Below, one piece after another: positions 18,992 to 29,278 of a DNA stretch of 64,000 nucleotides. Position 1 is the first letter of the stretch; each line of letters begins with the position of its first letter. The stretch comes from Pseudobdellovibrionaceae bacterium (GTDB lineage: Bacteria > Bdellovibrionota > Bdellovibrionia > Bdellovibrionales > UBA1609): NCBI GenBank assembly GCA_030591685.1, contig JAUVAX010000008.1, positions 1 to 64,000 on the forward strand, written 5' to 3'. A model generated the notes under the pieces. The model was not told where the DNA came from and ran no database searches. It saw only the letters and a program-made list of their open reading frames with translations. Made by a program: the position numbers and the translations under genes.

Positions 18992-19474
18992 GTGCTTGTA
19001 ACATTTTTTGATAGTGCTCGCTACGTGGGGCACATATTTCCCATCGCTTTTTTTAGAATTTACATCGGGTATTATTTTATTAACCTAGCTCTCGCGCACT
19101 CTGAAGCAGGTTTTTTAACAATGCCGCAAATTTCAGGTATGATTCAGCAGTTTTTGCCCTCAAGCGGTGCTCCGAGCTGGCTGTATGCTTTTTTAGAGGG
19201 TGTCGTCGTTCAGCATTGGCAAGCGAGTGCCTATGCCATTGTGTGCATTGAGCACTTAATTGGAGCTAGTTTTATTTTAGGTTTTATGATTCGCCCCATA
19301 GCATTACTTGGGATGTTTTTAAGTTATATGTTCATGTATATAACAGACCCAAGCACATCGAGTTTATATTTGTTTTATATCATTAGTTTAGGGACACTTG
19401 CCGCCGTTGGAGCGGGTCGGTGTTTTGGCATGGATTACTACTTCTTTAAACGACATCGTGGTATATGGTGGTAA
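18992..19474 (+). CDS. DoxX/DoxD-like membrane protein
   Basis: FFRIYIG, IEHLIG, GAGRCFGMD; four TM segments. Confidence 0.75.
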   Translation: MLVTFFDSARYVGHIFPIAFFRIYIGYYFINLALAHSEAGFLTMPQISGMIQQFLPSSGAPSWLYAFLEGVVVQHWQASAYAIVCIEHLIGASFILGFMIRPIALLGMFLSYMFMYITDPSTSSLYLFYIISLGTLAAVGAGRCFGMDYYFFKRHRGIWW

Positions 19475-19477
19475 TGA

Positions 19478-19572
19478 GCCTCTTGGGGAGCTGAACTCGC
19501 TTTTGCTCCAGGAACAAGGTGTTACCTTGTGACCCATATTAACTTGATCCAGGTAATGTTGGCGAAAGGAAT
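19478..19572 (+). ncRNA. TPP riboswitch-like element (degenerate)
   Basis: GGGGAGC...GACCC...AACTTGATCCAGGTAATGTTGGCGAAAGGAA upstream of thiB; canonical CUGAGA absent. Confidence 0.75.
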
Positions 19573-19575
19573 TTT

Positions 19576-20598
19576 TTGAAAAAATTTATTATTTTATTTT
19601 TAATGGTGAGTTTTGTTTTTGGAATTTTTTATTTTAAAAACAGCTCCGAAAATACTGATTCTCATTTAAAAAAACTCGTCATCTACTCGTATACTTCCTT
19701 TCAATCTCCTAGCGGCCCCGGTCAAGAGTTAGTCAGTCAATTTCAAAAATTTTGCAACTGTCGAGTTCAGCTCGTTAATGCCGGAGATGCTGGATTAATC
19801 ATTCAGAGGTTAAAATTACAAAAAGAAACCCGAGTCGATTTAGTTATTGGCCTAGACCAGTTAAGTGCTGTCGATGCTATTAATGTTACGGGGTGGAAAA
19901 CCTTAGACCTCTCTGGGGTGCAATGGAGACCCGAGGCTTCAGAGTTTTTAACCGCTGAGTTTGTGCCCTACGACTGGGCTCCGATGACCTTTGTTTACCA
20001 AAAAGACATCATTGACCCTGCCCAAACCCTTGATGACCTGCTTTTGCCACGATTTAGAAAAAAGTTATCCCTCCAGGACCCTCGAATGAGCACGCCTGGG
20101 CTTCAGTTTTTACTGTGGGTATTAGATGTAAAGGGTGAAAAAGAGGGGTATAAATTCCTATCCCAATTGTCATCAAGTATTTATAGGGTTTCCCCTTCGT
20201 GGACTTCATCTTATGGATTGTTTCAAAATAAAAAGGCAAAGGCTGTATTTTCATATATGACCTCCCCGGTTTACCACTGGTTATATGATAAAAATTCAAA
20301 TGTTCAGCCGATGATTTTTAAAGAGGGTCATCCTGTACAGGTGGAGCTAATGGGTATTCCTGATGGGTGCAAAAGCTGTGACTTAGCTGAGCAATTTGTA
20401 AGGTTTATGCTGACACCTGATTCACAAAAAATATTGATGACTAAAAACTATATGTTGCCGGCAATTGTTGGAGTGTCAGAGGGTACACCCTTTGAAAATC
20501 TCCCAAAGTTTAAAGTTCGAAGCATGACACGGTCGAGTAAACTCATAAAAAACAAAAAAAAAATAATTCAGCAGTGGTTTAAAAGTATTGGGGGCTAG
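19576..20598 (+). CDS. thiB: thiamine ABC transporter substrate-binding protein
   Basis: YSYTSF...GPG, DLVIGLD, FVPYDW, QDPRMSTPG, WTSSYGLF, SYMTSP.YH. Confidence 0.9.
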   Translation: MKKFIILFLMVSFVFGIFYFKNSSENTDSHLKKLVIYSYTSFQSPSGPGQELVSQFQKFCNCRVQLVNAGDAGLIIQRLKLQKETRVDLVIGLDQLSAVDAINVTGWKTLDLSGVQWRPEASEFLTAEFVPYDWAPMTFVYQKDIIDPAQTLDDLLLPRFRKKLSLQDPRMSTPGLQFLLWVLDVKGEKEGYKFLSQLSSSIYRVSPSWTSSYGLFQNKKAKAVFSYMTSPVYHWLYDKNSNVQPMIFKEGHPVQVELMGIPDGCKSCDLAEQFVRFMLTPDSQKILMTKNYMLPAIVGVSEGTPFENLPKFKVRSMTRSSKLIKNKKKIIQQWFKSIGG

Positions 20599-20599
20599 C

Positions 20600-22048
20600 T
20601 TGAAACGGCTACTCACTTTGTTATTAATATTATTTTTAATATACCCATTTATAATTTTATTGAGCCATGGTTATCAATTATCGTTGCCTGACATGGACCG
20701 GCTACTGGTCGTCGGTGCATGGAGCGTTATTCAATCAGCCCTCAGTGCTAGTTTGTCGATAGGCTTTGGAGTGGTTGGGTGCTTAGGCTTATTTAGTTTG
20801 CGATCAAAATTGGTATTAAAGGGTAGCCAGTTAGCTTTAATGCTCCCAAGCTTTATACCGACACTTTTTGTAGTGCTGTCATATATTAATGTTTTAGATT
20901 TTTTGGGGGCCTCTTTATTTGGCCTTCATTCGGTTATAATTTGTCATGTTCTGGTGAGTTGTGGTTTAGTGGCCGTATTACTGCATCAGCAAGTGAGTCA
21001 TAAACTAGGTAATTATTGTGAAATAGGCCTTGTGAGTGGTGCTGGACGATTTATTTTTTTTAGAAAAGTATTTTTACCGTTAATGAAAATAGAGTTATTA
21101 GCCCTATGGTTTTTTGTGTTTTCTATGTGTTTTTCAAGTTTCACGGTCCCTCAAATACTAGGCGGTCGAACGCCTCTAAGTTTAGATGTTTTAATTTACG
21201 AGAACATCAAAATATATTCAGACATGGGTAAGGCCTTAGGGGTTGTAGTTGTTCAATTTTTATGCGTTTTAACCTTAGTTTTGTTATTTAAAAAGCCAAA
21301 AGTTAAAGCAAAGCCCTCGCATAAATCCATGAAAATATTAAGTTTTAGGCCCGGGCTATTTGTGGGGTTGTTTTTAACGGCAGTAATAATTTTTGGTGAT
21401 TTTTTTGGAGTTCTTACGGGCTTTGTTAAGCTCTATAACTCTCAAATAGATCGAGAGTTGTTATTAGGTTTTTGTGTCAATACGGCGTTTATATCACTTA
21501 TGTCGGGGCTTTTAAGTTTGCTGCTGTTAATGATTACGGCCTTTGTGTGTGAATCTCGCCGGGTGAGTCAACTTATGATGGCCTTCATTGCACCCAGTGG
21601 CGTGCTTGTTGGTTTTTCATTACTTTTAGGGGCTGAATTTTTAGCGCCAGAGTGGCGGGTGATTTTAGGGTTTTTAATGATTAACACCTCCGTTCTTTAC
21701 CGCATGGGGATGTACTCTTATTTACAGCTAATAAGGCCACAGCTGGTTCTTGCTCGTGTGGCCTCGGCCGGTGTGGGCTTGACGTTTTTTCGAGTTATTT
21801 TCCCTCAAGTGTTTACAAAAGCACTGCACTTATCTGCAATAGCCTCTTTTTGGGCCGCAGGCGAGTACACTGTCTCTACTGTTGTTTCTGAATCTGATTT
21901 TACGTTAGCGTTATGGGTAAAATCCTTAATGGCTAGTTATCGCTTGCCTGAGGCCACTGCGGCCAGTTGGGCGATGATTTTTATAGGTTTTTTATGTTAT
22001 TTATTTTTTCAAGGAGCATCGAGTGTCTTTAGTAAAAAAACTTTATAA
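20600..22048 (+). CDS. thiP: thiamine ABC transporter permease
   Basis: Duplicated permease, QSALSA, FSSF...LGG; between thiB and ATPase (alternative start 20588). Confidence 0.82.
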   Translation: MKRLLTLLLILFLIYPFIILLSHGYQLSLPDMDRLLVVGAWSVIQSALSASLSIGFGVVGCLGLFSLRSKLVLKGSQLALMLPSFIPTLFVVLSYINVLDFLGASLFGLHSVIICHVLVSCGLVAVLLHQQVSHKLGNYCEIGLVSGAGRFIFFRKVFLPLMKIELLALWFFVFSMCFSSFTVPQILGGRTPLSLDVLIYENIKIYSDMGKALGVVVVQFLCVLTLVLLFKKPKVKAKPSHKSMKILSFRPGLFVGLFLTAVIIFGDFFGVLTGFVKLYNSQIDRELLLGFCVNTAFISLMSGLLSLLLLMITAFVCESRRVSQLMMAFIAPSGVLVGFSLLLGAEFLAPEWRVILGFLMINTSVLYRMGMYSYLQLIRPQLVLARVASAGVGLTFFRVIFPQVFTKALHLSAIASFWAAGEYTVSTVVSESDFTLALWVKSLMASYRLPEATAASWAMIFIGFLCYLFFQGASSVFSKKTL

Positions 22049-22670
22049 GTCATTTAATTTAAATTCAGGGGGGAGTTTTACTCTAGATATTCCACAGTGG
22101 GAAATCCCTGACTCTGGCATTACTGTTGTCTCTGGACCCTCAGGTTCAGGTAAAACAACTTTGTTTAAAATACTTATTGGTTTAGAGGAGTGTAAGGGGA
22201 TGAGCTGGGTGCATGACGGTGAGGATTTATCCCTTTTGCCCGTAGAGAAACGGCGTTTAGGTGTAGTATTTCAAGGGGAGAACCTGTTTCCACATATGAG
22301 TGCCGCGGAGAACATTTTATTTTCGGCCCAGGCAAGGGGTGTTTCAAAGCATGAGGCTCAAAAAAAAATAAACAACTTAGTGGAGCAACTTAAACTAAAA
22401 TCATGTATTGATAGCAACACATCAGTATTAAGTGGTGGGGAGTATCAAAGAGTGAGTTTAGCAAGGGCTCTTGTGGGGGCCCCTCGGGTACTGTTGCTCG
22501 ACGAGCCGTTTTCAGCCCTTGATACTGACACAAGAAAAGGGGCCCGTGAGCTGGTTAAAGACATTGTTCAGTTATATAACATCCCCACGTTACTAATCAC
22601 TCACGATGACGAAGACACCTTCGCCTTAGCAGACACAGTTGTGAAAATAAATCAGGGCCGTATACAATAG
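22023..22670 (+). CDS. thiQ: ABC transporter ATP-binding protein (ThiQ-like)
   Basis: GPSGSGKT, LSGGE, LLDEPFSALD, ITHD. Confidence 0.82.
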   Translation: MSLVKKLYKSFNLNSGGSFTLDIPQWEIPDSGITVVSGPSGSGKTTLFKILIGLEECKGMSWVHDGEDLSLLPVEKRRLGVVFQGENLFPHMSAAENILFSAQARGVSKHEAQKKINNLVEQLKLKSCIDSNTSVLSGGEYQRVSLARALVGAPRVLLLDEPFSALDTDTRKGARELVKDIVQLYNIPTLLITHDDEDTFALADTVVKINQGRIQ

Positions 22671-22929
22671 GTGGCTGTTTATATTTAGATATTTGAGGCA
22701 AATCAACTCATCTACAAAAGTAAACGCTTATTAGGCTAATGTAAAAATATTGGGCAGGAGCTTATCATGGATATTGGTCCAGGTATTTTTAATAGCATAA
22801 GCTGGTTTTAATAATAATTATGTAAGAGGCTTTTGATTTAATATATAATTTTTTATGTGATGTTGCGCGGGCCAAAGATTTAATCCTAAGGCCCCGACGA
22901 CCAACTAACTAACAGTAGGCTTTAGGTTA

Positions 22930-24525
22930 ATGAATAAATTTGATGTAATTGTAGTGGGCACGGGTATGGGTGGTTCTACTGCGGGGTACACACTGGCCAA
23001 ATCGGGGCTTAGGGTATTGTTTTTAGAAAAGGGCAAATCACGATTTAACAGCGATTTTGACTTTATAAAAGGCCATGAGGCTGAGAGTTATTACTATAAA
23101 AATAAAAAATCTCAGCTAGATGATGTTATGAGATCATCAGGCCGGTACAGTTGTGTAATAAAAGATAACAGTGCGTTTTTTAGCAAAAGATTTCGGCCCT
23201 TCATCGGGTCCGGTGACGGCGGGGGCTCGGCTATTTATGGAGCGATACTTCAGCGCTTTTCCCCTGAAGACTTTGAACTCACAAAATTAGAACCTGTAGA
23301 TGGCGGGAGGCCTCTTGAGTCTCAAACTAAGTGGCCGGTCTCCTACAATGAGATGCGGCCCTACTATAAAGAGGCCGAGAGTTTATATAAGGTTCATAAA
23401 TACAGTAAGAGTAGTGAACCAGAAGCACTCTCAGAGGCGAATAAGACAGTTTGGGATCAATTAAAAAAAAACGGTCTTAACCCCTACATGCTCCCGGTTG
23501 CAACTGAAAACTTAGACGAGTGTTATAATAACTGTCAGGGTTTCTTGTGTGCTAAGAATTGTAAACACGACAGTTCTAAGTGTGCATTAAAACCAGCCAT
23601 TGAGGGCTTAGGAGCACAGCTATTTGATGAGTGTGAGGTTTTAGAGCTAAAGTCTGAAAACAAAAAAGTAACTCACCTTTTATGCAACCATAAGGGCAAA
23701 ATTATTTCTTTGAGTGCCGAAACTATAGTTTTAGCAGCGGGAGCATTGGTCACACCAACATTGCTTCTTAAGTCAAAGAACATGGCAAATAGTTCTGGTT
23801 TGGTGGGTAAAAATTTAATGCGTCATTACATTGATGTTTATCAGATTAGTTTGAAGGCTCATAAAATCCCTTCATTTTCACAAAAACAAATTGGATTTAA
23901 TGATTTTTATAATGAATGCGGTGAAAAACTTGGGAGCGTTCAATCATTTGGGGTTCACCCTCCCTTTGAGGTTATATTAGATGAGCTTTTAAGTAAAACA
24001 CCCCTTTTATTGAAAGGGGTTGTGAGCTTCGCTTTAAGGTTAATGTTGCCGATGTTGAGGGGTGTATATAAAAATTATATCGACAATAAGCTTTTAATTG
24101 TTAGCCTTTTAGAGGATGCCCCGAATATAAATAATTGTGTGACTTATAAAGGCGGAGAAATAAATATAAAGTATAGAATTTTTAAAAAAGAAAAACAGAG
24201 AATTAACAAATTTAGAAAAAAAATCAAGAAGGCATTTTCAGGGTTAAACGTAACTCTTTTTAAGCAAGTTAGTGAAAACAAGCGCATAGCCCATGCATGT
24301 GGGACTTGCCGATTTGGGGCTGACCCTAAATCCTCAGTTCTTGATAAAAACAATAAGTGTCATGATTTAGATAACCTTTACATTGTGGACTCATCATTTT
24401 TCCCCACCAGTGGGGGGACAAACCCCTCTCTAACAATTGCAGCCAATGCAATACGAGTGGGAGAGTTTATTGCAAAAAAAATAAACATTCATGATAACTA
24501 TAACAAGCGAGAAGCTGAGATATGA
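22930..24525 (+). CDS. GMC family FAD oxidoreductase
   Basis: GTGMGG, GGGSAIYGA, AAGALVTP.LLL.S, VGKNLMRH, HACGTCRFG, NPSLTIAANA. Confidence 0.92.
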   Translation: MNKFDVIVVGTGMGGSTAGYTLAKSGLRVLFLEKGKSRFNSDFDFIKGHEAESYYYKNKKSQLDDVMRSSGRYSCVIKDNSAFFSKRFRPFIGSGDGGGSAIYGAILQRFSPEDFELTKLEPVDGGRPLESQTKWPVSYNEMRPYYKEAESLYKVHKYSKSSEPEALSEANKTVWDQLKKNGLNPYMLPVATENLDECYNNCQGFLCAKNCKHDSSKCALKPAIEGLGAQLFDECEVLELKSENKKVTHLLCNHKGKIISLSAETIVLAAGALVTPTLLLKSKNMANSSGLVGKNLMRHYIDVYQISLKAHKIPSFSQKQIGFNDFYNECGEKLGSVQSFGVHPPFEVILDELLSKTPLLLKGVVSFALRLMLPMLRGVYKNYIDNKLLIVSLLEDAPNINNCVTYKGGEINIKYRIFKKEKQRINKFRKKIKKAFSGLNVTLFKQVSENKRIAHACGTCRFGADPKSSVLDKNNKCHDLDNLYIVDSSFFPTSGGTNPSLTIAANAIRVGEFIAKKINIHDNYNKREAEI

Positions 24526-25160
24526 AAATGAATACCCTTGAAAAATGGGCAATGAACAACCCTGTAAGAACACTCTTTCAACGTTACCTAGAAGCACCGG
24601 TTTTAATAAAAAGAGGGGGATTACTTAGGGGGAAACGTGTTCTTGAAATTGGCTGCGGCAGAGGGGTTGGGACCCAGCTTCTTCTGGAAGATTTTAAAGC
24701 ACAGTCTGTTTTAGCCATTGATCTAGATGAGGACATGATATTAAAAGCTAAAAAAAGGCTTTCGAGTTACCCTTCCGATCGACTTGAAGTACAAGTTGGT
24801 GATTTAACTAAACTAAATTGTAGTGACCAATCCTTTGATGCTGTGGTTAACTTTGCGGCGATTCACCATGTGCCAAATTGGCAAAAGGCACTGTGCGAAA
24901 TCCACAGAGTGTTAAAAAATGAGGGCCAGTTTTTTTTTCAAGAAGTCACAGCTCAGTGGATTCATCGGTTTCCTTATTCGGTGTTGTTCAAGCATCCAAA
25001 AGAAAACAGATTTACAGGGCTCGAGTTTATTAAAGAGCTTGAGAGAGCGGGGATTGTAGTAGGGGACAACTACGAAGAGCGAGCCGGAGGAGATTTTATC
25101 TATGGCGTAGGGCGGCGGGCAGAAAATGAAAACCATAAGAATAAAAAAGAGGTTTTGTGA
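24522..25160 (+). CDS. class I SAM-dependent methyltransferase
   Basis: VLEIGCGRG, FDAV, IHHV; overlaps upstream stop. Confidence 0.9.
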   Translation: MKMNTLEKWAMNNPVRTLFQRYLEAPVLIKRGGLLRGKRVLEIGCGRGVGTQLLLEDFKAQSVLAIDLDEDMILKAKKRLSSYPSDRLEVQVGDLTKLNCSDQSFDAVVNFAAIHHVPNWQKALCEIHRVLKNEGQFFFQEVTAQWIHRFPYSVLFKHPKENRFTGLEFIKELERAGIVVGDNYEERAGGDFIYGVGRRAENENHKNKKEVL

Positions 25161-26065
25161 GTAAAACAGAAAGTAAAGTAAAGCTTGAGTCTTGCCCTGT
25201 TTGCCAGAGTAAAATAGATGATTCGTCACCTGAAAATTTAGGAAAAGTTAGAGGCAATACCGAAAGGTTTAAAAATACTGAATTTAATATTTGGAAGTGT
25301 CCGAACTGCCGAACACTCTTGGCCATTGACCCTGTTGATTTTGATGATATTTACAGTGACTACCCTTTGAATGAACGAAAACTAGATGCTTTTGCAAAGG
25401 GTACCTTTAGTAACCTGCTCGCTCGATTAAAGAAGGTTGGTGTTAAAAAGACAGATTATATCCTTGATTACGGGTCCGGCCGGGGTTTGTTCGTCGAGTA
25501 CCTCAAACAAAAGGGGTATATGAACTCATTTAGTTATGACCCTTATTGCTTGGGGTTTAAAGAGCTGCCGATATCTCAGGGTGGGTTTGACGTTGTCATT
25601 AATAATGATGTTTTAGAGCATTGTGAAGATATTCACAAAGTCATCAATCATAATTTTGAGTTACTTAAGGAAGGTGGAGTGCTGTATATAGGCACCCCCG
25701 AATCAGATCCTGTGAACATTAAAAACCTAGAGCCTGAAATTATGCGCCTTCACCAGCCCTTTCATAGAATTATTTTAACTGAAAAGTCACTTCATGAAGT
25801 TGTGTTAAATTATAATGTGAGTCTTGTTGCTAGCTATAAGAGGTCTTATCATGACACCTTGAGGCCGTTTTCTAACTATCGATTTTTAGATGAGCTCAAT
25901 AAAGCTTTAGGTCATAATTTAGATTTAGCAATGGATGAAAGCATAACAACGCGCACATTTTTACTAAACCCTCAGTTGTGGTTTTTTGCTATTTTTGGGT
26001 ACTTTTTTCCTTCAGCTTATGAGCCGGCGGTAATCGTACGAAAGTCGATCTCAAAACCCACTTAG
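25157..26065 (+). CDS. class I SAM-dependent methyltransferase with N-terminal Zn ribbon
   Basis: CPVC...CPNC, LDYGSGRG, DVLEH, GGVLYIGTP. Confidence 0.88.
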   Translation: MSKTESKVKLESCPVCQSKIDDSSPENLGKVRGNTERFKNTEFNIWKCPNCRTLLAIDPVDFDDIYSDYPLNERKLDAFAKGTFSNLLARLKKVGVKKTDYILDYGSGRGLFVEYLKQKGYMNSFSYDPYCLGFKELPISQGGFDVVINNDVLEHCEDIHKVINHNFELLKEGGVLYIGTPESDPVNIKNLEPEIMRLHQPFHRIILTEKSLHEVVLNYNVSLVASYKRSYHDTLRPFSNYRFLDELNKALGHNLDLAMDESITTRTFLLNPQLWFFAIFGYFFPSAYEPAVIVRKSISKPT

Positions 26066-26088
26066 AGAACTTTTGTTGAGGTCGTAAT

Positions 26089-27087
26089 TTATTTAGGCCA
26101 CACAGAGGCTTTTTTGTCGTTAGCAATAAAGCTCGCATCAAAAGCCACCTGATTGCAGTCTTTAAAGTCAGCTTCGGTAAAGTTAAACTGATTTTTAAGT
26201 AACTCATACTCATGAAGCATATCAATGCCAAATATCCCGGGGTCATCAGTGTTTATGGTGACCTTAACACCGAGGTCCTTTAGTTTTTTTATGGGATGGT
26301 CCTTGATTTTAGATATAGCATTTGTAAGGTAATTACTGGTGGGGCAAAGCTCTAACACAGCCCCTTGACGTTTAACGTATTCAATCATTTCAGGGTCTTT
26401 ATAAATCATTAACCCGTGGCCGATGCGGCTGGCGCCGAGGTGTTCAATGGCGTCTTTTGGGTAGGTGGGGGACTTTGGTGTATTGGCTTCGCCAGAGTGA
26501 ACTGTAATGCCTAGGCCAGCCTCTTTGGCCTTTAAAAAAAAAGGACTAAAAGGTTTTGAGTCAAAGCCCTCTTCATTGTCGGCAAGGTCTAAGCCAATAA
26601 ATGTTTCACGATTTTTAATGGCAAAATCAGCCACCTTTTCGCCAATATCTACAGGGAGTGTTCGCTGAATGATACAAATAAGACCGACAGCAAGGGGGTA
26701 TTTTTTTTCAGCCCCTTCAACCCCTCTTATAAAGGCGTCATGAATGTCTTGAAAGCTAAATTCGTTGTGACCGAGTTGTACAAAGGTGGGCGCGTATCTG
26801 AGCTCAAGAATACGGATGCCCTCTTTGAGGTAAGCATCTTCGCAGGCCTCAAAGGCAACGCGCTCTAATATTTCAATGGATCCTAAAAGTTTTTGTGTGT
26901 CTGAAAATTTATGTAAAACAGCGCCTAAGTCTAACATTTGCTCAGTGATTAAAAAATGTTCATTAAAAGAAGCCTCATCGGTCACGTTAAAGCCAAACTG
27001 TGGGGCCAGATCCAGGATGGTTTCTTTTCGAATAGAGAGTTCTAGGTGCCTGTGTAGCTCTACTTTGGGTATTTGTTTTAAGTTCAT
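26089..27087 (-). CDS. add: adenosine deaminase
   Basis: PKVELHRHLE, TVHSGE, RIGHG, ELCPTSN, NTDDP. Confidence 0.93.
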   Translation of the reverse strand: MNLKQIPKVELHRHLELSIRKETILDLAPQFGFNVTDEASFNEHFLITEQMLDLGAVLHKFSDTQKLLGSIEILERVAFEACEDAYLKEGIRILELRYAPTFVQLGHNEFSFQDIHDAFIRGVEGAEKKYPLAVGLICIIQRTLPVDIGEKVADFAIKNRETFIGLDLADNEEGFDSKPFSPFFLKAKEAGLGITVHSGEANTPKSPTYPKDAIEHLGASRIGHGLMIYKDPEMIEYVKRQGAVLELCPTSNYLTNAISKIKDHPIKKLKDLGVKVTINTDDPGIFGIDMLHEYELLKNQFNFTEADFKDCNQVAFDASFIANDKKASVWPK

Positions 27088-27253
27088 GGAGTTGAAGTTA
27101 GCATTAACTCAAAGGAGGGTCACTATAGTGTAAAAAAAGGCTCATGCCTATGCGCATAAAGAGGATGACTTTTAATTGCTGCTATTTGTTGAACAGAGCT
27201 GTTTAAAACGGCATAAGGTATATGGTGTTTGCTTTTATTATTAAGGAGAATTT

Positions 27254-29278
27254 ATGTCTACTATATCCCCCATTGCCGTAAAAAATCATCTGGCAGGTAC
27301 CCCAGGCCAGCCCCCTCAGTTTTCTGTAGAGGTGGGTTGTAAAAACGGGAGGGCTTTACAGGTGAGTGACCCCCAGTCTATACGTGCCATGATTGCTTTA
27401 ATGGATATGCAGGCTGTTATGGGTGGAGCCGCAAGTCACTGGGGTGGTCCAGCGGCACTGAGCGAAATGTGGTCTGCTTTACACGCTTTAGTTTTTGAGT
27501 CCTCTGGTGAGAGCCGCGGGGAGTGGCATGAGAACTTTCATGTTATTAACGATGCTGGGCACTGTGAAAATGGGCTCTATGCCATTAAAGCCAATTATGG
27601 ATTTGCAGACTTGAGCATTGAAAGTTTAAAGGGTTTTCGCTCTATTAAGAGCCCGTTATCGGGGCACGGTGAAGCTCATTTATTTCCGCAAGGGGTGTTA
27701 ATGAGTAATGGTCCTTTGGGCTCTAGCTTGCCTCAAGCTCAGGGCTTAGCTTTTGCGGATGCTTTAACGAGTAAAAAAAGACTCACTGTAACAACAATAT
27801 CTGATGGAGCCTGTATGGAGGGCGAAGCCAAAGAGGCCCTTTCGGCCATCCCTGGTTTTGCGGCTCAAGGTAAAATGGCGCCTTTTGTTTTAATTATCAG
27901 TGATAATAATACAAAATTGTCTGGGCGAATTGATGAGCAGTCGTTTTCAATGGGTCCAAGCTTTGAAGCTTTAGAAAGTTTAGGGTGGAGAGTTTTAAAC
28001 CTTGAACAGGGCAATAACTTGCAGGCTTGTGTGCAAACCCTTGAAGAGGCCTTTGAGTTGGCGAGGCAAAACCCCAATCAACCAGTGGCTCTTCGAGCTA
28101 AAACAATAAAAGGTTTCGGTGTTAAAAAAACCGAAGAGGCGCCCTCAGGGGGGCACGGGTTTCCTTTAAAAAAGCCAGAAGAACTCACTAGTTTTTTATC
28201 TGAAATATATAAAGGTGCTGAAGTTCCGAGTGATTTTATTCGCTGGCAACAAGAGCTTGTTGATAAGGCCAGTGCTAAGGCCTCGGCCCCGTCGTCGGCA
28301 GTTAAGACTATAAAAGTACAAGTGGGCGTGAGCGAGGCCTTATCTCAAATGGCCAAAGAGGGTTACCCTGTATACTCAGTGTCGTCGGACCTGGCGGGGT
28401 CCACGGGGTTGGCGGGGTTTCAAAAAAATTACCCCGATCAGTATGTTGATGTAGGTATTGCAGAGTCTAATATGTTGAGTGTTGCTGCTGGGCTATCGAA
28501 GGCTGGTTTTATACCGGTGGTGGATACCTTTGCTCAGTTTGGGGTTACAAAGGGGGCCCTCCCTTTTATAATGGCAAATTTAAGTGAAGCTCCTATGATT
28601 TCTATTTTTTCTCATGCGGGCTTTCAAGATGCTGCTGATGGGGCCAGTCACCAGGCGCTCACTTATTTTTCGATGACTAGTGCTGTACCTAATACTCAGG
28701 TGATTTGTTTATCGTCAAGAGATGAGGCTTATGCGCTCGTCTCTCAGGCGGTTAAAGACTTTGCTCAAGCAAGAAGGTCGGGCAAAACCCCTAAAAATTA
28801 TGTTTTCTTTTTAGGACGAGAAACTTTTTTAGCCACCTTTAAAGAGGGGCTAGAGTATAAGTTGGGTCGGGCACAAACTGTTTTTGATAACAGTGATGAG
28901 CATAAAAAATCGGTAACCATTGTGGCTGCGGGGCCACTGCTTCAGCAGGCCCTAATAGCGGCCCCTATACTTAAAGATAAAGGCATTGGCACTATTGTTA
29001 TTAATCCATCTACAATAAATGAGCCTGACATAGATACTATTCTGACCGCTGTTAAAAAAACAAAAGGACTTGTTGTGACCGTAGAGGATCATCAATTGAC
29101 CTCGGGGATGGGGTCTATTTTAGCGCATAAGCTGGCTCAAAGTGGCGAGGCCATTAAAATGAAATCTTTAGGGGTTAATGGAGTGTTTGGGCAAAGCGCT
29201 TACACAGCCATTGAGTTGTACTCAAAACATGAAATGGATAGTTTAGCGATAATTAAGGCCGCAGAAAAACTAACTTAA
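27254..29278 (+). CDS. transketolase-family TPP enzyme (fused N and C domains)
   Basis: SGH, SDGACMEG...DNN TPP motif, GIAESNM, DGASHQ, VEDH. Confidence 0.88.
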   Translation: MSTISPIAVKNHLAGTPGQPPQFSVEVGCKNGRALQVSDPQSIRAMIALMDMQAVMGGAASHWGGPAALSEMWSALHALVFESSGESRGEWHENFHVINDAGHCENGLYAIKANYGFADLSIESLKGFRSIKSPLSGHGEAHLFPQGVLMSNGPLGSSLPQAQGLAFADALTSKKRLTVTTISDGACMEGEAKEALSAIPGFAAQGKMAPFVLIISDNNTKLSGRIDEQSFSMGPSFEALESLGWRVLNLEQGNNLQACVQTLEEAFELARQNPNQPVALRAKTIKGFGVKKTEEAPSGGHGFPLKKPEELTSFLSEIYKGAEVPSDFIRWQQELVDKASAKASAPSSAVKTIKVQVGVSEALSQMAKEGYPVYSVSSDLAGSTGLAGFQKNYPDQYVDVGIAESNMLSVAAGLSKAGFIPVVDTFAQFGVTKGALPFIMANLSEAPMISIFSHAGFQDAADGASHQALTYFSMTSAVPNTQVICLSSRDEAYALVSQAVKDFAQARRSGKTPKNYVFFLGRETFLATFKEGLEYKLGRAQTVFDNSDEHKKSVTIVAAGPLLQQALIAAPILKDKGIGTIVINPSTINEPDIDTILTAVKKTKGLVVTVEDHQLTSGMGSILAHKLAQSGEAIKMKSLGVNGVFGQSAYTAIELYSKHEMDSLAIIKAAEKLT

